From: Clostridiales bacterium UBA7011
GTDB lineage: Bacteria > Bacillota > Clostridia > Oscillospirales > Butyricicoccaceae
NCBI GenBank assembly: GCA_002449635.1
Contig: DJXF01000014.1
Span: 13,374 to 77,373, forward strand
Direction of reading: 5' to 3'
Length of the DNA stretch: 64,000 nt
A program made the position numbers and the translations under genes. The notes under the pieces were generated by a model that was not told the DNA's origin, did no database searches, and saw only the letters and a list, made by a program, of their open reading frames with translations. This document shows positions 1 through 9,690 of this stretch, in pieces. The number at the start of each line of letters is the position of its first letter. Position 1 is the first letter of the stretch.

Positions 1-2
1 TC

Positions 3-1394
3 CGTGCGGATGCAGATGTGTGGGGCGGGAAGAATGAATATCGCCGCGCGCTTTCTCTTGAGGGCGCATACGATGTCATGTATGATGCGCGCAAGGTGTA
101 CCGGATCTGCGGCCTGTATCAATACACCATGCGCGATATCTACAAGCATTTTATCGTACCGCATACGCCTGCTTATGCGGCTGAAATTGAAAAAAACCGC
201 GCAGAAATTGATGCTTTCTTTTCGGAGCGGGAGCCGGCCTCCGCGAACGGGATGACCGGTCTGCTGAAGGATAAGAACGTCATTGTCGTGCTGTTGGAGA
301 CAATGGATGACTGGCTCGTCAATGAAGAGCTGACACCGAACATCTGTCAGATGATGAAAGAAGGCATCAACTTTACCGATCTGTATACGCCCGGATACGG
401 CGGTGTCCGGACCTTCAATACGGAGTTTTGTGTCAATACGGGAATCTATCTGCCGACCGATGGAAATCTTGCGTTTTCATACTGCACGAATGATTTTTCT
501 CAGAGCCTGCCCAATCTGTTCCGTGAGCTGGGCTATTCTGCGGAGTCATTCCATTACAATCAGCCGATTTTCTACAATCGGGGCGTGATGCACCCGGCAA
601 TGGGGTATGAGGAATACATCACCTATTACGACTATGTGTCCGACCCGTCTGACCCCGCGCTGCTGAGCGATACCTTCCAGTTCGACAATGCGGACGTGAA
701 AAAGAAGTTTTTCGGCGGCGACAGCAAGAGCGGAAAATTCTGCAGCTTTCTGATTACACGCGCGGCGCACATGCCGTACACCTACGATGATGAGCTGAGC
801 CGGTATGCACTCGAGCGGTATCCCGAATACAAGGGAAAGACCGGACACGAGGAAGTGGATTGCCTGCAGGCAAAAGCAAAGCTGGTGGATGACCTGTTTG
901 CCGCGCTGCGGCAGCAGCTGGAGGAGACGGGTCATCTGGATGATACGGCAATTGTCGCTTTCGCCGATCATTATGCCTACGGTATGACGGATAAGGACAA
1001 ACTGATGGAGATGTCCGGTGTGGACAACACGCTTCTGGTGGAGAAAACACCGTGCTTTATCTGGGCAAACGGCATGCAGCCGGTGACGGTGGACAAGACG
1101 CTGAATACAGCGGATATTCTCCCGACCGTGCTCAACCTGTTTGACCTGCAGGGACAATATTCCTATCTCGGCCGCGATGCGTTTGACAGCAGCTATGACG
1201 GCTATGCGGTATTCCCGAACGGAGACTGGATTTCCGGCGGCGTGATGTATCGGGACGGCAAAGTTGTGCGGGAGTTCCGCGAGGGAGCGGCCGCGGCTAT
1301 GGACCTCGAAAAGATGAATCAGACCGCGCGCGATTTCATCAATGTCAGCAATCTGCTGCTCAAATGCGACTACTATGCGGACAAAGAATCGTAA
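3..1394 (+). CDS. LTA synthase (LtaS)/sulfatase-family protein, 5'-truncated by window edge
   Basis: Frame open from nt 3; motifs NVIVVLLET, RTFNTEF (catalytic Thr position), AHMPY, FADH, DILPTVLNL, YLGRD; paralog of 14514-16421. Confidence 0.85.
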   Translation, partial: RADADVWGGKNEYRRALSLEGAYDVMYDARKVYRICGLYQYTMRDIYKHFIVPHTPAYAAEIEKNRAEIDAFFSEREPASANGMTGLLKDKNVIVVLLETMDDWLVNEELTPNICQMMKEGINFTDLYTPGYGGVRTFNTEFCVNTGIYLPTDGNLAFSYCTNDFSQSLPNLFRELGYSAESFHYNQPIFYNRGVMHPAMGYEEYITYYDYVSDPSDPALLSDTFQFDNADVKKKFFGGDSKSGKFCSFLITRAAHMPYTYDDELSRYALERYPEYKGKTGHEEVDCLQAKAKLVDDLFAALRQQLEETGHLDDTAIVAFADHYAYGMTDKDKLMEMSGVDNTLLVEKTPCFIWANGMQPVTVDKTLNTADILPTVLNLFDLQGQYSYLGRDAFDSSYDGYAVFPNGDWISGGVMYRDGKVVREFREGAAAAMDLEKMNQTARDFINVSNLLLKCDYYADKES

Positions 1395-1412
1395 ATGAGA
1401 AAAAGAAAGTGA

Positions 1413-1441
1413 TTGCAATGAACAAAAGAATATAGTATAAT
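1413..1441 (+). promoter_or_regulatory. SigA-type promoter of SRP RNA/dnaX
   Basis: TTGCAA-17 nt-TATAAT about 22 nt upstream of the SRP RNA. Confidence 0.8.
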
Positions 1442-1463
1442 ACTTTTGCATGTGGAAAAACGA

Positions 1464-1754
1464 TGCTCCGCGTGGCTGCGCTAGCCGGGACGGCAGCGGT
1501 GTCCTGTACCTGCAATCCGCTACAGCAGGGGTGAATCCCGGCCCGCGGGCGGCGCGTGTATTGTTTGACCGAAAGCGGAGGACGATGAAGATTCGGTCCC
1601 GCGCAACATCGGACTGTGAACCATGTCAGGCGGGGAACCGAGCAGCATTAAGCAGAACCCGGTGTGTGCCGCGGGAACGCCGAGTCAGAGTCTGACGTTT
1701 CCGGTACCAGGTATTACGCTTCGTTCAACGGCCGGTGCGCGGTCGCGCGGAGCA
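1464..1754 (+). ncRNA. ffs: Large bacterial signal recognition particle RNA (scRNA)
   Basis: Helix-8 motif GTGAACCATGTCAGG-CGG-GGAA-CCG-AGCAGCATTAAG; Alu-like 5' part (CCTGTACCTGCAATCCGCTACAGCAGG); 5' TGCTCCGCG pairs with 3' CGCGGAGCA; conserved position upstream of dnaX. Confidence 0.93.
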
Positions 1755-1838
1755 CCGTTCTTCCACAGCATGAAGAGGAGCACAGACGGGCAATTTCGGT
1801 TGCCCGTTTTTCCGATTCTTCCGGAAAGGAGAGGGCGT

Positions 1839-3464
1839 ATGTATCAGGCATTGTACCGCAAATGGCGGCCGGAACGGTTTGCCGATGTTGTAGGACAACA
1901 GCATATCACCGACACGCTGCGCGCGCAGCTGGAGAGCGGGCGCCTGTCGCACGCCTATCTGTTCACGGGTACGCGCGGCACAGGCAAGACAACCTGTGCG
2001 AAAATTCTCGCGCGTGCGGTCAACTGCACCGATTTGCAGCACGGTGACCCGTGCGGCGTCTGTCCGGCGTGCCGCGGCATTCTGGACGGCAGCGTGCTCG
2101 ATGTCGTGGAAATCGACGCGGCTTCCAACAACGGCGTCGACAACATCCGCGATATCCGCGATGAGACGCGCTACACACCTGCCTCTGTAAAAATGCGTGT
2201 GTACATCATAGACGAGGTGCATATGCTGTCACAGGGCGCATTCAACGCGCTGCTCAAGACACTGGAGGAGCCGCCGGCACATGTGCTGTTCATCCTCGCA
2301 ACGACTGAGATCAACAAGGTGCCCGCGACCATTCTGTCCCGCTGTCAGCGCTTTGATTTCCGCCGGATTGCACCGCATGATATCGCACATCGGCTGTCGG
2401 AAATTGCTCAGCAGGAGGACATCCCCCTGACAGACGGCGGTGCGCGCATGATTGCGCGGCTGGCAGACGGCGCGCTGCGCGATGCACTGTCCATCCTCGA
2501 CCGCGCGGCGGCGGGGAGCAGTGAGCCGATTGACGAGGAACGCGTCGCAGCGGGTGTGGGTATTCTGGCAGGTGACACAGCCGTCACGCTGATGGAGCAC
2601 ATCCTGACAGGGGATCTGACGGCGGCCATCGGACAGCTGGCTGAGAGCTACACGGCCGGACGCGAGCTGGGCGCTGTGCTCGATCAGCTGCTGGGATTGA
2701 TTCGGGATATGCTTTTGGTCAAGACAAGCCGCAGCGATGTCTCCGCACTGCTGTCGCCGGCATATTCGCTCAAAACCGTGCAGCATTTGTGTGAATCGGT
2801 ACCGGCATCGCGCCTGCTCGCCTATACGGGCATTTTACAGGATGCGCTCACGCGTATGCCGCACGCCGCGAACCGGCGCATTGAAGCAGAGCTTTGCGTT
2901 GTTCGGCTGTGCCGGCTGACGGCAGAGGACTATGACACGCTGAGCGGGCGTGTGGACGCACTGGAGGAAAAGCTGGCGCACGGCGTTCCGATGGCTCCCG
3001 TTCCCGCAAATGCACAGCCGCTGCCGGAGGGATTCCCGTCAGATGGAGATGTCCCGCCTCCCGGGGAGGACGATGCGCCGCCGAAGGACAGCGCGCCGCA
3101 GGCACAGCCTCCCGCGCAGCCGCCCAAAGAGCTGGAGTGCAGCCCGCAGTGGAATGACATCACACTCGCGGCGAAAAAGCTGCTGCCGATGAGCAAATTC
3201 GCGCAGCTGACATTTGCAAAGGGCATTTTGCACGGGCACGATCTGCTGGTTGTGTGCGAGGATGCGTTCACATATGATCTGTGTCGGGAAAACAGCGTCA
3301 GACAGGCGCTGACACAGGCGGCACAGCAGGTGACGGGCCGGCCGTACCGTGTGAAGGTGATCGAAGAAAGCAGCATTTCCACCCTTTCCACAAAGGCAAA
3401 TCCGGTTGATGAGATCATCCGGCGCGCCGGTGAGCTGGATGTTGCATGTGAAATAAACGACTGA
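1839..3464 (+). CDS. dnaX: DNA polymerase III subunit gamma/tau
   Basis: MYQALYRKWRP start after AGGAG RBS; GTRGTGKTT Walker A; DEVHML; SRC motif; Zn cysteines. ORF-track start 1623 lies within the SRP RNA. Confidence 0.97.
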   Translation: MYQALYRKWRPERFADVVGQQHITDTLRAQLESGRLSHAYLFTGTRGTGKTTCAKILARAVNCTDLQHGDPCGVCPACRGILDGSVLDVVEIDAASNNGVDNIRDIRDETRYTPASVKMRVYIIDEVHMLSQGAFNALLKTLEEPPAHVLFILATTEINKVPATILSRCQRFDFRRIAPHDIAHRLSEIAQQEDIPLTDGGARMIARLADGALRDALSILDRAAAGSSEPIDEERVAAGVGILAGDTAVTLMEHILTGDLTAAIGQLAESYTAGRELGAVLDQLLGLIRDMLLVKTSRSDVSALLSPAYSLKTVQHLCESVPASRLLAYTGILQDALTRMPHAANRRIEAELCVVRLCRLTAEDYDTLSGRVDALEEKLAHGVPMAPVPANAQPLPEGFPSDGDVPPPGEDDAPPKDSAPQAQPPAQPPKELECSPQWNDITLAAKKLLPMSKFAQLTFAKGILHGHDLLVVCEDAFTYDLCRENSVRQALTQAAQQVTGRPYRVKVIEESSISTLSTKANPVDEIIRRAGELDVACEIND

Positions 3465-3486
3465 AAAAACAGGAGGACAGGATACA

Positions 3487-3849
3487 ATGGCAAAGGGATT
3501 TAAGAGCCGCGGCGGTATGGGCAGAGGCGGCGCAATGGGCGGCATGAATATGAACGCCATGATTAAAAAGGCTCAGAAGATGCAGGAAGAAATGGTCAAG
3601 GCACAGGAAGAGCTGGGCAACAAGGAATACACAGCGACCTCCGGCGGCGGCGCGGTGACTGCTGTCGTCAAGGGCTCCAATCAGATTGTCAGCCTGAAGC
3701 TGAATCCGGAGGTTGTCGATCCCGATGACATCGAGATGCTGGAGGATCTGATCGTCACAGCGGTCAATCAGGCGCTCAAGACAGCCGATGAGGAAAGCGC
3801 GGCTATCATGCGGCAGGCGACCGGCGGCGGTATGCCCGGCCTGTTTTAA
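3487..3849 (+). CDS. ybaB: YbaB/EbfC nucleoid-associated protein
   Basis: AQKMQEEM, SGGGAV, DDIEMLEDLIVTAVN; between dnaX and recR. Confidence 0.95.
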   Translation: MAKGFKSRGGMGRGGAMGGMNMNAMIKKAQKMQEEMVKAQEELGNKEYTATSGGGAVTAVVKGSNQIVSLKLNPEVVDPDDIEMLEDLIVTAVNQALKTADEESAAIMRQATGGGMPGLF

Positions 3850-3855
3850 CCGGCT

Positions 3856-4461
3856 ATGAAATTTTTTGCACCGTCTGTGGAGACGCTGATTGATGAATTT
3901 GCCAAGCTGCCCGGAATCGGGCGCAAATCGGCGCAGCGGCTGGCATTTTATGTGCTCAATCAGCCAAAGGAACGTGCGGAAGCACTGGCTCGGGCGATTA
4001 CAGAAGCCAAGCAAACGGTTCATTTGTGTCCGAGGTGTCAGAATCTGACGGATGAAGAGCTGTGCCCGATCTGTGCGGACACGGCGCGCGATGCCCATAC
4101 GGTTTGTGTGGTTGCCGATCCGAAGGATGTGCTCGCGTTTGAAAAGACGCGGGAATATCACGGACTCTATCATGTGCTGCACGGCACCATTTCGCCGCTC
4201 AATCACATCGGTCCGGATGATCTGCGCATTCGGGAGCTGCTGCACCGCGTGGCAGAGGAGGACATTGAGGAAGTCATTCTGGCGACCAATCCGGATACGG
4301 AGGGTGAGGCGACGGCGATGTATCTCGCCCGCCTGCTGCGTCCGTTTCACATCCGCGTGAGCCGGCTCGCGTACGGCATTCCGGTCGGCGGGCAGCTGGA
4401 ATATATCGACGAGGTGACGCTGATGCGTGCGCTTGACGGCAGACAAAGCGTCGAGGGATGA
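3856..4461 (+). CDS. recR: Recombination mediator RecR
   Basis: LPGIGRKSAQRLA HhH; C4 Zn finger; TOPRIM ATNPDTEGEATA. Confidence 0.97.
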   Translation: MKFFAPSVETLIDEFAKLPGIGRKSAQRLAFYVLNQPKERAEALARAITEAKQTVHLCPRCQNLTDEELCPICADTARDAHTVCVVADPKDVLAFEKTREYHGLYHVLHGTISPLNHIGPDDLRIRELLHRVAEEDIEEVILATNPDTEGEATAMYLARLLRPFHIRVSRLAYGIPVGGQLEYIDEVTLMRALDGRQSVEG

Positions 4462-4463
4462 AG

Positions 4464-4496
4464 AACAGGCGGTGTTTTCAAAACACCGCCTGTTTT
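4464..4496 (+). terminator. Intrinsic terminator after recR
   Basis: AACAGGCGGTGTTTT/AAAACACCGCCTGTT inverted repeat plus T run. Confidence 0.75.
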
Positions 4497-4542
4497 AGCG
4501 AAAGAATGCCTGTGTTCGCGTTGCTGGAAGGAAAACGGAAAG

Positions 4543-4571
4543 AAAAAAGCTCGCCTTACGGCGAGCTTTTT
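4543..4571 (-). terminator. Terminator after hsp20 (bidirectional)
   Basis: A6-GCTCGCC-TTAC-GGCGAGC-T5. Confidence 0.8.
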
Positions 4572-4599
4572 GACACCCTTTCGCGTTGGGAAAGCAAGG

Positions 4600-5028
4600 T
4601 TATTCGATCTCAATTCTGCGGGTTTCCGGAACAACCTCCTGTGCCTTCGGCAGGGAGAGCTCCAGCACGCCGTCGTGATAAGCGGCGGAAATCGCGTTTT
4701 CGTCGATGCCGGCGATGTCAAAGCTGCGGCGGAACGAGCCGTAGCGGCGCTCACGGCGGATATAAGATCCCTTGTCGTCCTTCTCGTCGTTGTTGTCTGT
4801 GTGCTCAGCAGTGATGGTCAGGATGCCGTCCTTGACGTCCAGCTTAATGTCTTCCTTGCGGAAGCCCGGCAGCTCGGCCTCGAGAACATATTTGTCATCC
4901 GCATCGCGGATATCGGTGCGGAATGCCGGCAGATCTATGGTGCTGTTCTTGAAAAAGTTGCGCTCAAAGTTGTCAAATACATCAAACAGGTTGCGGTCAC
5001 GGTATTCAAACGGAATCATTCCAAACAT
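4600..5028 (-). CDS. Hsp20/alpha-crystallin small heat-shock protein
   Basis: AELPGFRKEDI, RRERRYGSFRRSF, AYHDGVLELSLPK, C-terminal IEI motif. Confidence 0.95.
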   Translation of the reverse strand: MFGMIPFEYRDRNLFDVFDNFERNFFKNSTIDLPAFRTDIRDADDKYVLEAELPGFRKEDIKLDVKDGILTITAEHTDNNDEKDDKGSYIRRERRYGSFRRSFDIAGIDENAISAAYHDGVLELSLPKAQEVVPETRRIEIE

Positions 5029-5071
5029 AAGTCATTGTCCTTTCTTCATTATAATTGAGGGAGTTGTGGTT

Positions 5072-5098
5072 TTAGCATTCTCACTATTCGAGTGCTAA
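5072..5098. promoter_or_regulatory. CIRCE element (HrcA operator), proximal
   Basis: TTAGCATTC-N9-GAGTGCTAA, one mismatch to consensus, upstream of hsp20. Confidence 0.88.
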
Positions 5099-5248
5099 AT
5101 ATCGGAATATAGTTCCCAATATTTCTCCATCGGATCCGCCTTCTTTCGTCGCACCCTTCGTCTTGAAGAGGTGTTCTTTTTTTCTTTGACTATAGTATAG
5201 GCGGCAATTTTGAATAATATTCGGATAAATTGTGACTAAATTGTAAAT

Positions 5249-5275
5249 TTAGCACTCTGACCAAGAGAGTGCTAA
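5249..5275. promoter_or_regulatory. CIRCE element (HrcA operator), distal
   Basis: Perfect TTAGCACTC-N9-GAGTGCTAA. Confidence 0.9.
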
Positions 5276-5280
5276 AAAAA

Positions 5281-6153
5281 TCAAGTCTGATCGCGCCTGC
5301 CGTGCAGGGACTGCAGGTATTTTTTTCGATAGCGGATGGGGGACATGCCGACAATCCGCGTAAAAAGCGAGTTGAAATAGTTGGTGTTGTCGTAGCCGAC
5401 GAGGGTGGCGATGTGTGTGGCGGTGTAATCGCTGGAGATGAGGAGCGTCTGCGCCAGTCCGATTCTTCTGCGGATGGCATATTGTATGGGAGAATAGCCC
5501 GTCACGTCCTTGAAGGTGTGCGCGGCATAGGGGACACTGCATGACATCGCGCCCGCGATTTCTTCCAGCTTGATGGTTTCCGTGTAATGTGCATCAATAT
5601 AATCCTTTATTTTTGCGGCAAGCTGCGAAGCCGCATCGGAAATCGGATTTTCCTGTGCGGCAGCGGGAATCTGCGCTGCGAGCATCAGCAGAGACACGCC
5701 CATCAGCTGTACCGTCAGCCGGTCATAGTCGTTGCTGTGGAACCGGTCGAGAATTTGTTCTGCCAGCTGGGTCAGAAAGGAAAACAGGCTCTGGGACGGA
5801 CGGACATGCGGGCTGTCAGACGGAATCAAATGATTTTCCGGCAGACCGCGAAAGGATACGTCGGAAAAGCCGAAGCAATATGTGCCGATTTCCGTATCGT
5901 AATCGGACACAACCTCGTGCAGTTCCCCGCAGTTGTAATAAATCAGATCGCCCTCCTGGATGGGATACGAGGCGGTGCCGACGCGATATGTGCCGAAACC
6001 GCGGTAGCACAGCAGCAGCTCGCACAGCGAGTCGTGTCTGTGAAGCGGGCGATCGTGCTTTTCCTTCCCGTATTCCTGACAGTTGGCGTAGACAAGTGTG
6101 GGAAGCTGATTGTTTTCAAAGATATTTGCGTGCGCAGCATTGGATTCATTCAT
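5281..6153 (-). CDS. AraC-family transcriptional regulator with cupin sensor domain
   Basis: PLHRHD..E cupin; C-terminal IATLVGYDNTNYFNSLFTRIVGMSPIRYRK; ATG 6153 with GGAG RBS. Confidence 0.92.
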   Translation of the reverse strand: MNESNAAHANIFENNQLPTLVYANCQEYGKEKHDRPLHRHDSLCELLLCYRGFGTYRVGTASYPIQEGDLIYYNCGELHEVVSDYDTEIGTYCFGFSDVSFRGLPENHLIPSDSPHVRPSQSLFSFLTQLAEQILDRFHSNDYDRLTVQLMGVSLLMLAAQIPAAAQENPISDAASQLAAKIKDYIDAHYTETIKLEEIAGAMSCSVPYAAHTFKDVTGYSPIQYAIRRRIGLAQTLLISSDYTATHIATLVGYDNTNYFNSLFTRIVGMSPIRYRKKYLQSLHGRRDQT

Positions 6154-6503
6154 GGGGGCAGCTCCAATCAAATGACAACAAGATTGTGTAGTTGTCAAAA
6201 TAATCTTTCAGAATTTGTGAAAAATAACAGGAAAAAATCTGCAAATCCGGACAGTATAGTGGAGGTTTTAACGCGGATTTTCCGTATAATAAAAGCATAA
6301 CACAGGAGAGCGGAGCAGTCAAACAAAGTGATGTCCGCTCGGCCGGATGCAGAACAACCGATTAAATTGGCGAAAACAGAGAAAAAAGATGAAGTCACAT
6401 GGAAAAGCTGTGGAAATACACCAAAAATATGGCCGCGGAAAGCAATGCTGCTTCATCACAACAGGATTCCGTATTTATTTTGACAAAAAAGGAGTGTGTC
6501 GTT

Positions 6504-7436
6504 ATGAGCATGAACATCTGTGGAGCACCGAGCTGCTGGGGTGTAGATGATCCGAAAAACCCGTATCTGCCGCCTTGGCAGAGAGTACTGTCCGAAGCAA
6601 GCCAGGCGGGCTACCGTGCAATCGAGCTCGGTCCCTGGGGCTATATCCCGAACGATGTGGATGTCGTTGCGGCAGAGCTGGAAAAGAACGGTCTCGGCAT
6701 TGTTGTCGGCACGATTTTCCACGATCTGGTTGATCCCGCAAATCAGCCGAGCGTCCTGCAGGCAGTCGATGACATCTGCAAGCTGATCACCGATCCGAAA
6801 ATGCCGAAGCTGCCGGTACACGAGGGACAGAAGTTCCCGACTCCGTACCTGACGGTTATGGACTGGGGACATGATGAGCGCGACTACGCAGCAGGTCATC
6901 CGGACACCGCACCGCGCATGAACGACGAAGAATGGGCTGCCTTTATCGCAAATGTCCGCGCAGTATGCGACCGCGCAAACAAATGGGGCGTTCGTCCGGT
7001 CATTCATCCGCATGCAGGCACGTATATTGAGTTCTCGGATGAAATCGAAAAGGTCGTCCGCGACATTCCGTACGAGGTCGCAGGCCTGTGCCTCGATACC
7101 GGTCATCTGTATTACTCCCACATGGATCCGGTCACCTACCTCAAGAAGTATGCGGATAAGCTGGACTATGTACACTTCAAGGACGTCGATGAGAAGGTTT
7201 ACCGTGAGGTTCTCGGTGAGCATATCCGCTTCTTCGACGGCTGCGGCAAGGGCGCAATGTGCCCGATCGGCACGGGCGCGCTGGATTATCCGGGCATCAA
7301 GAAGGCGCTTGAAGAAATCGGTTACAGCGGCTACATTACGATTGAGCAGGAGCGCGACCCGCGCAATTCCGACACTTCCCTGCGCGATGTCAAGCGCAGC
7401 GTAGACTATCTGAAGTCTGTCGGATATGCCATTTAA
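6504..7436 (+). CDS. IolE/MocC-like TIM-barrel sugar-phosphate isomerase/epimerase (probable inosose dehydratase/isomerase)
   Basis: APSCWGVD, IELGPWGY, HPHAGTYIE, LCLDTGH, VHFKD, TIEQE; AAGGAG RBS. Confidence 0.8.
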   Translation: MSMNICGAPSCWGVDDPKNPYLPPWQRVLSEASQAGYRAIELGPWGYIPNDVDVVAAELEKNGLGIVVGTIFHDLVDPANQPSVLQAVDDICKLITDPKMPKLPVHEGQKFPTPYLTVMDWGHDERDYAAGHPDTAPRMNDEEWAAFIANVRAVCDRANKWGVRPVIHPHAGTYIEFSDEIEKVVRDIPYEVAGLCLDTGHLYYSHMDPVTYLKKYADKLDYVHFKDVDEKVYREVLGEHIRFFDGCGKGAMCPIGTGALDYPGIKKALEEIGYSGYITIEQERDPRNSDTSLRDVKRSVDYLKSVGYAI

Positions 7437-7489
7437 TTACTGCAATCATTTCTGGTCACACAGAGGAAAACAAATAGGAGGAGAGCATC

Positions 7490-8671
7490 ATGATTAACGG
7501 TTCCAAGGTATTAGATCATCCGATTCGCTGGGCTATGGTAGGCGGCGGCAAGGGCAGCCAGATCGGCTACATCCATCGTTCTGCAGCACTGCGCGACAGC
7601 AATTTCCAGCTGGTAGCAGGTGCATTTGACATCAATCCGGAGCGCGGCATGGCGTTTGCCGCTGAGCTGGGCGTAGCACCGGATCGTTGCTATCCGGACT
7701 ACAAGACCATGTTTGAAGAGGAAGCAAAGCGTGAGGACGGCATCGAGGCTGTTTCCATTGCGACGCCGAACGGTCTGCACTATACCGTGTGCAAGGCGGC
7801 TCTGGAAGCCGGTCTGCACGTTGTCTGCGAGAAGCCGCTGTGCTTCACCTCGGAAGAGGCAGAAGAGCTGGTGGCTCTGGCGAAGGAGAAGAACCGTGTT
7901 GTCGGCGTAACCTACGGCTATTCCGGTCATCAGATGATTCAGCAGGCACGCCAGATGATTAAAAACGGCGACCTCGGCGATATCCGCGTCATCAACATGA
8001 GCTTTGCATTCGGCGGCTACAACTACAAGATTGAGGAAACCAATCCGGCCGCCAAGTGGCGCTTTGACCCGGCAAAGGCAGGTCCGTCCTTCGCACTGGG
8101 CGACGTCGGCACCCATCCGCTGTTCCTCATCGAGGCAATGATTCCGGATATGAAGATCGACAGCCTGATGTGCTCCAAGGATTCCTTCGTAGAAGGCCGT
8201 CAGCTGGAGGACAATGCGTTTGTCATCATGCGCCTCAAGGGAAGCGATTCCGTTCAGGAAGGCGCAAAGGTCTACTGCTGGGCAAGCTCCATCAACTGCG
8301 GCGCACGCCATGGACATAAGATTCGCGTTGTCGGCTCCAAGGCGTCCATCGAGTGGGATGATGAGCGTCCGAATCAGATGACCTATGAGATCGAGGGCGA
8401 GCCGGTTCGCACACTGGAGCGCGGTGCAGGCTACCTGTATCCGGAAGCCCGCGTAGAAGACCGCATCGGCGGCGGCCATGCAGAGGGTCTGTTCGAGGCA
8501 TGGGCAAACCTGTACCGCAGATTTGCTGTTGCTATGGATGCCTCCAACAACGGTGAAGAGTACGGCGATTTCTGGTATCCGAGCGTAGAGTCCGGTGCAC
8601 AGGGCGTCAAGTGGATTGAGAAGTGCGTAGAATCCGCAGCCAATGGCGAGAACTGGGTAGCGTACGAATAA
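7490..8671 (+). CDS. Gfo/Idh/MocA oxidoreductase (probable cyclitol dehydrogenase)
   Basis: MVGGGKGSQIGYIHR, IATPNGLH, CEKP, GDVGTH. Confidence 0.88.
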   Translation: MINGSKVLDHPIRWAMVGGGKGSQIGYIHRSAALRDSNFQLVAGAFDINPERGMAFAAELGVAPDRCYPDYKTMFEEEAKREDGIEAVSIATPNGLHYTVCKAALEAGLHVVCEKPLCFTSEEAEELVALAKEKNRVVGVTYGYSGHQMIQQARQMIKNGDLGDIRVINMSFAFGGYNYKIEETNPAAKWRFDPAKAGPSFALGDVGTHPLFLIEAMIPDMKIDSLMCSKDSFVEGRQLEDNAFVIMRLKGSDSVQEGAKVYCWASSINCGARHGHKIRVVGSKASIEWDDERPNQMTYEIEGEPVRTLERGAGYLYPEARVEDRIGGGHAEGLFEAWANLYRRFAVAMDASNNGEEYGDFWYPSVESGAQGVKWIEKCVESAANGENWVAYE

Positions 8672-8782
8672 GGAAAAATGAATGCGGCAGGAGGGGCTGC
8701 ACAGCTCCTCCTGCATGGTGCATATCTGCAAGTGCGGGAGAAGTTCTCCTGTCTGCACTCTTTTCTACTCCAGAACAAAGCG

Positions 8783-8811
8783 AAGCCCGTCGGTTTTTTC
8801 CGGCGGGCTTT
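8783..8811. terminator. Hairpin between convergent genes (probable terminator)
   Basis: AAGCCCGTCGG/CCGGCGGGCTT; two more hairpins at about 8688-8760. Confidence 0.55.
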
Positions 8812-8830
8812 ACACATTTTCTGGTTGATG

Positions 8831-9511
8831 TTACAGACCGGTGATCTGATTGCGGATGGCTTCCATCTGATTGTCCAGCAGGGCGCTCATATCGGCACAC
8901 GCCCGCAGCTTTTGCGAAATGTGCTCATAATCCACATGGCTGTCAAGCTCTTTTTTGTAGCGCAGCTTGTGCTCCAGGCTCGCCCAGAAGTCCATGGCAA
9001 TGGTCCGCAGCTGCACCTCCACCTTCATCATGCGCTTTTCCTGCTGGAGAAAGATCGGCGTCTCGACAATGAGATGCAGGCTGCGGTAGCCGTTTGGCTT
9101 GGGCGTTTGGATATAATCCTTGCGCTCAATCAGAGTGACATCATCCTGACGAATGAATGAATCGGCAAGCTTGTAGATATCTTCCGGAAAGGAACAGATG
9201 ACGCGCACACCGGCAATGTCAAACAGATTCTGCTCAATCGACTCTAAAGAGAGCGGGAGATTGCGGCGCTGCAGCTTCGCCAAAATACTCTCCGGCTTTT
9301 TCAGACGTGTTTTGATCGTTTCGATTGGATTGTTTTCGCCTTCCAAAGCCAGCTGTACATCCAGTACACGGAACTTTGTCTCCACTTCCATAATGGCACA
9401 GCGATAGTAGGACATCAGGCGCTGAAACGGCTCTGCGGCAGAGAAAACAGCTTCCAGATCCGCTTTTTGCGGAATTAAGCTGGTGAATTGTTCTACATTA
9501 TTTTCAATCAT
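8831..9511 (-). CDS. Small alarmone synthetase (RelP/RelQ-like GTP pyrophosphokinase)
   Basis: RLKKPESI, DIAGVRVI, DYIQTPKPNGYRSLH, EVQLRT, FWASLEHKLRYK; start at ATG 9511 after GAGGA. Confidence 0.92.
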   Translation of the reverse strand: MIENNVEQFTSLIPQKADLEAVFSAAEPFQRLMSYYRCAIMEVETKFRVLDVQLALEGENNPIETIKTRLKKPESILAKLQRRNLPLSLESIEQNLFDIAGVRVICSFPEDIYKLADSFIRQDDVTLIERKDYIQTPKPNGYRSLHLIVETPIFLQQEKRMMKVEVQLRTIAMDFWASLEHKLRYKKELDSHVDYEHISQKLRACADMSALLDNQMEAIRNQITGL

Positions 9512-9690
9512 AATTTCCTCAGTTCTTTCTTCCCCGGGCATTTCCGCTGAGATGCGGCATTTCCGTAGAAAAATCCGCAGAAAATGGTTGGATTTTTCTG
9601 TTGTTTGTATTATATCGTGCGGCAATCACGCTGTCAACAAATGCGGGCGGCAAAGTGCAGCACCGACAAAAAGAAAGAGAGCACCGCCGG

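Noticed and set aside
3173-3179. Possible dnaX -1 frameshift site
   Set aside because: The sequence is G AAA AAG rather than A AAA AAG, lies late in the gene, and has no obvious stimulatory elements
5184-5192. CtsR box upstream of hsp20
   Set aside because: Only one AGTCAAA half-site; the tandem heptad is missing
8831-9511. Toxic SAS toxin-antitoxin system
   Set aside because: Ordinary RelP/RelQ-like motifs, monocistronic, no adjacent antitoxin-sized gene
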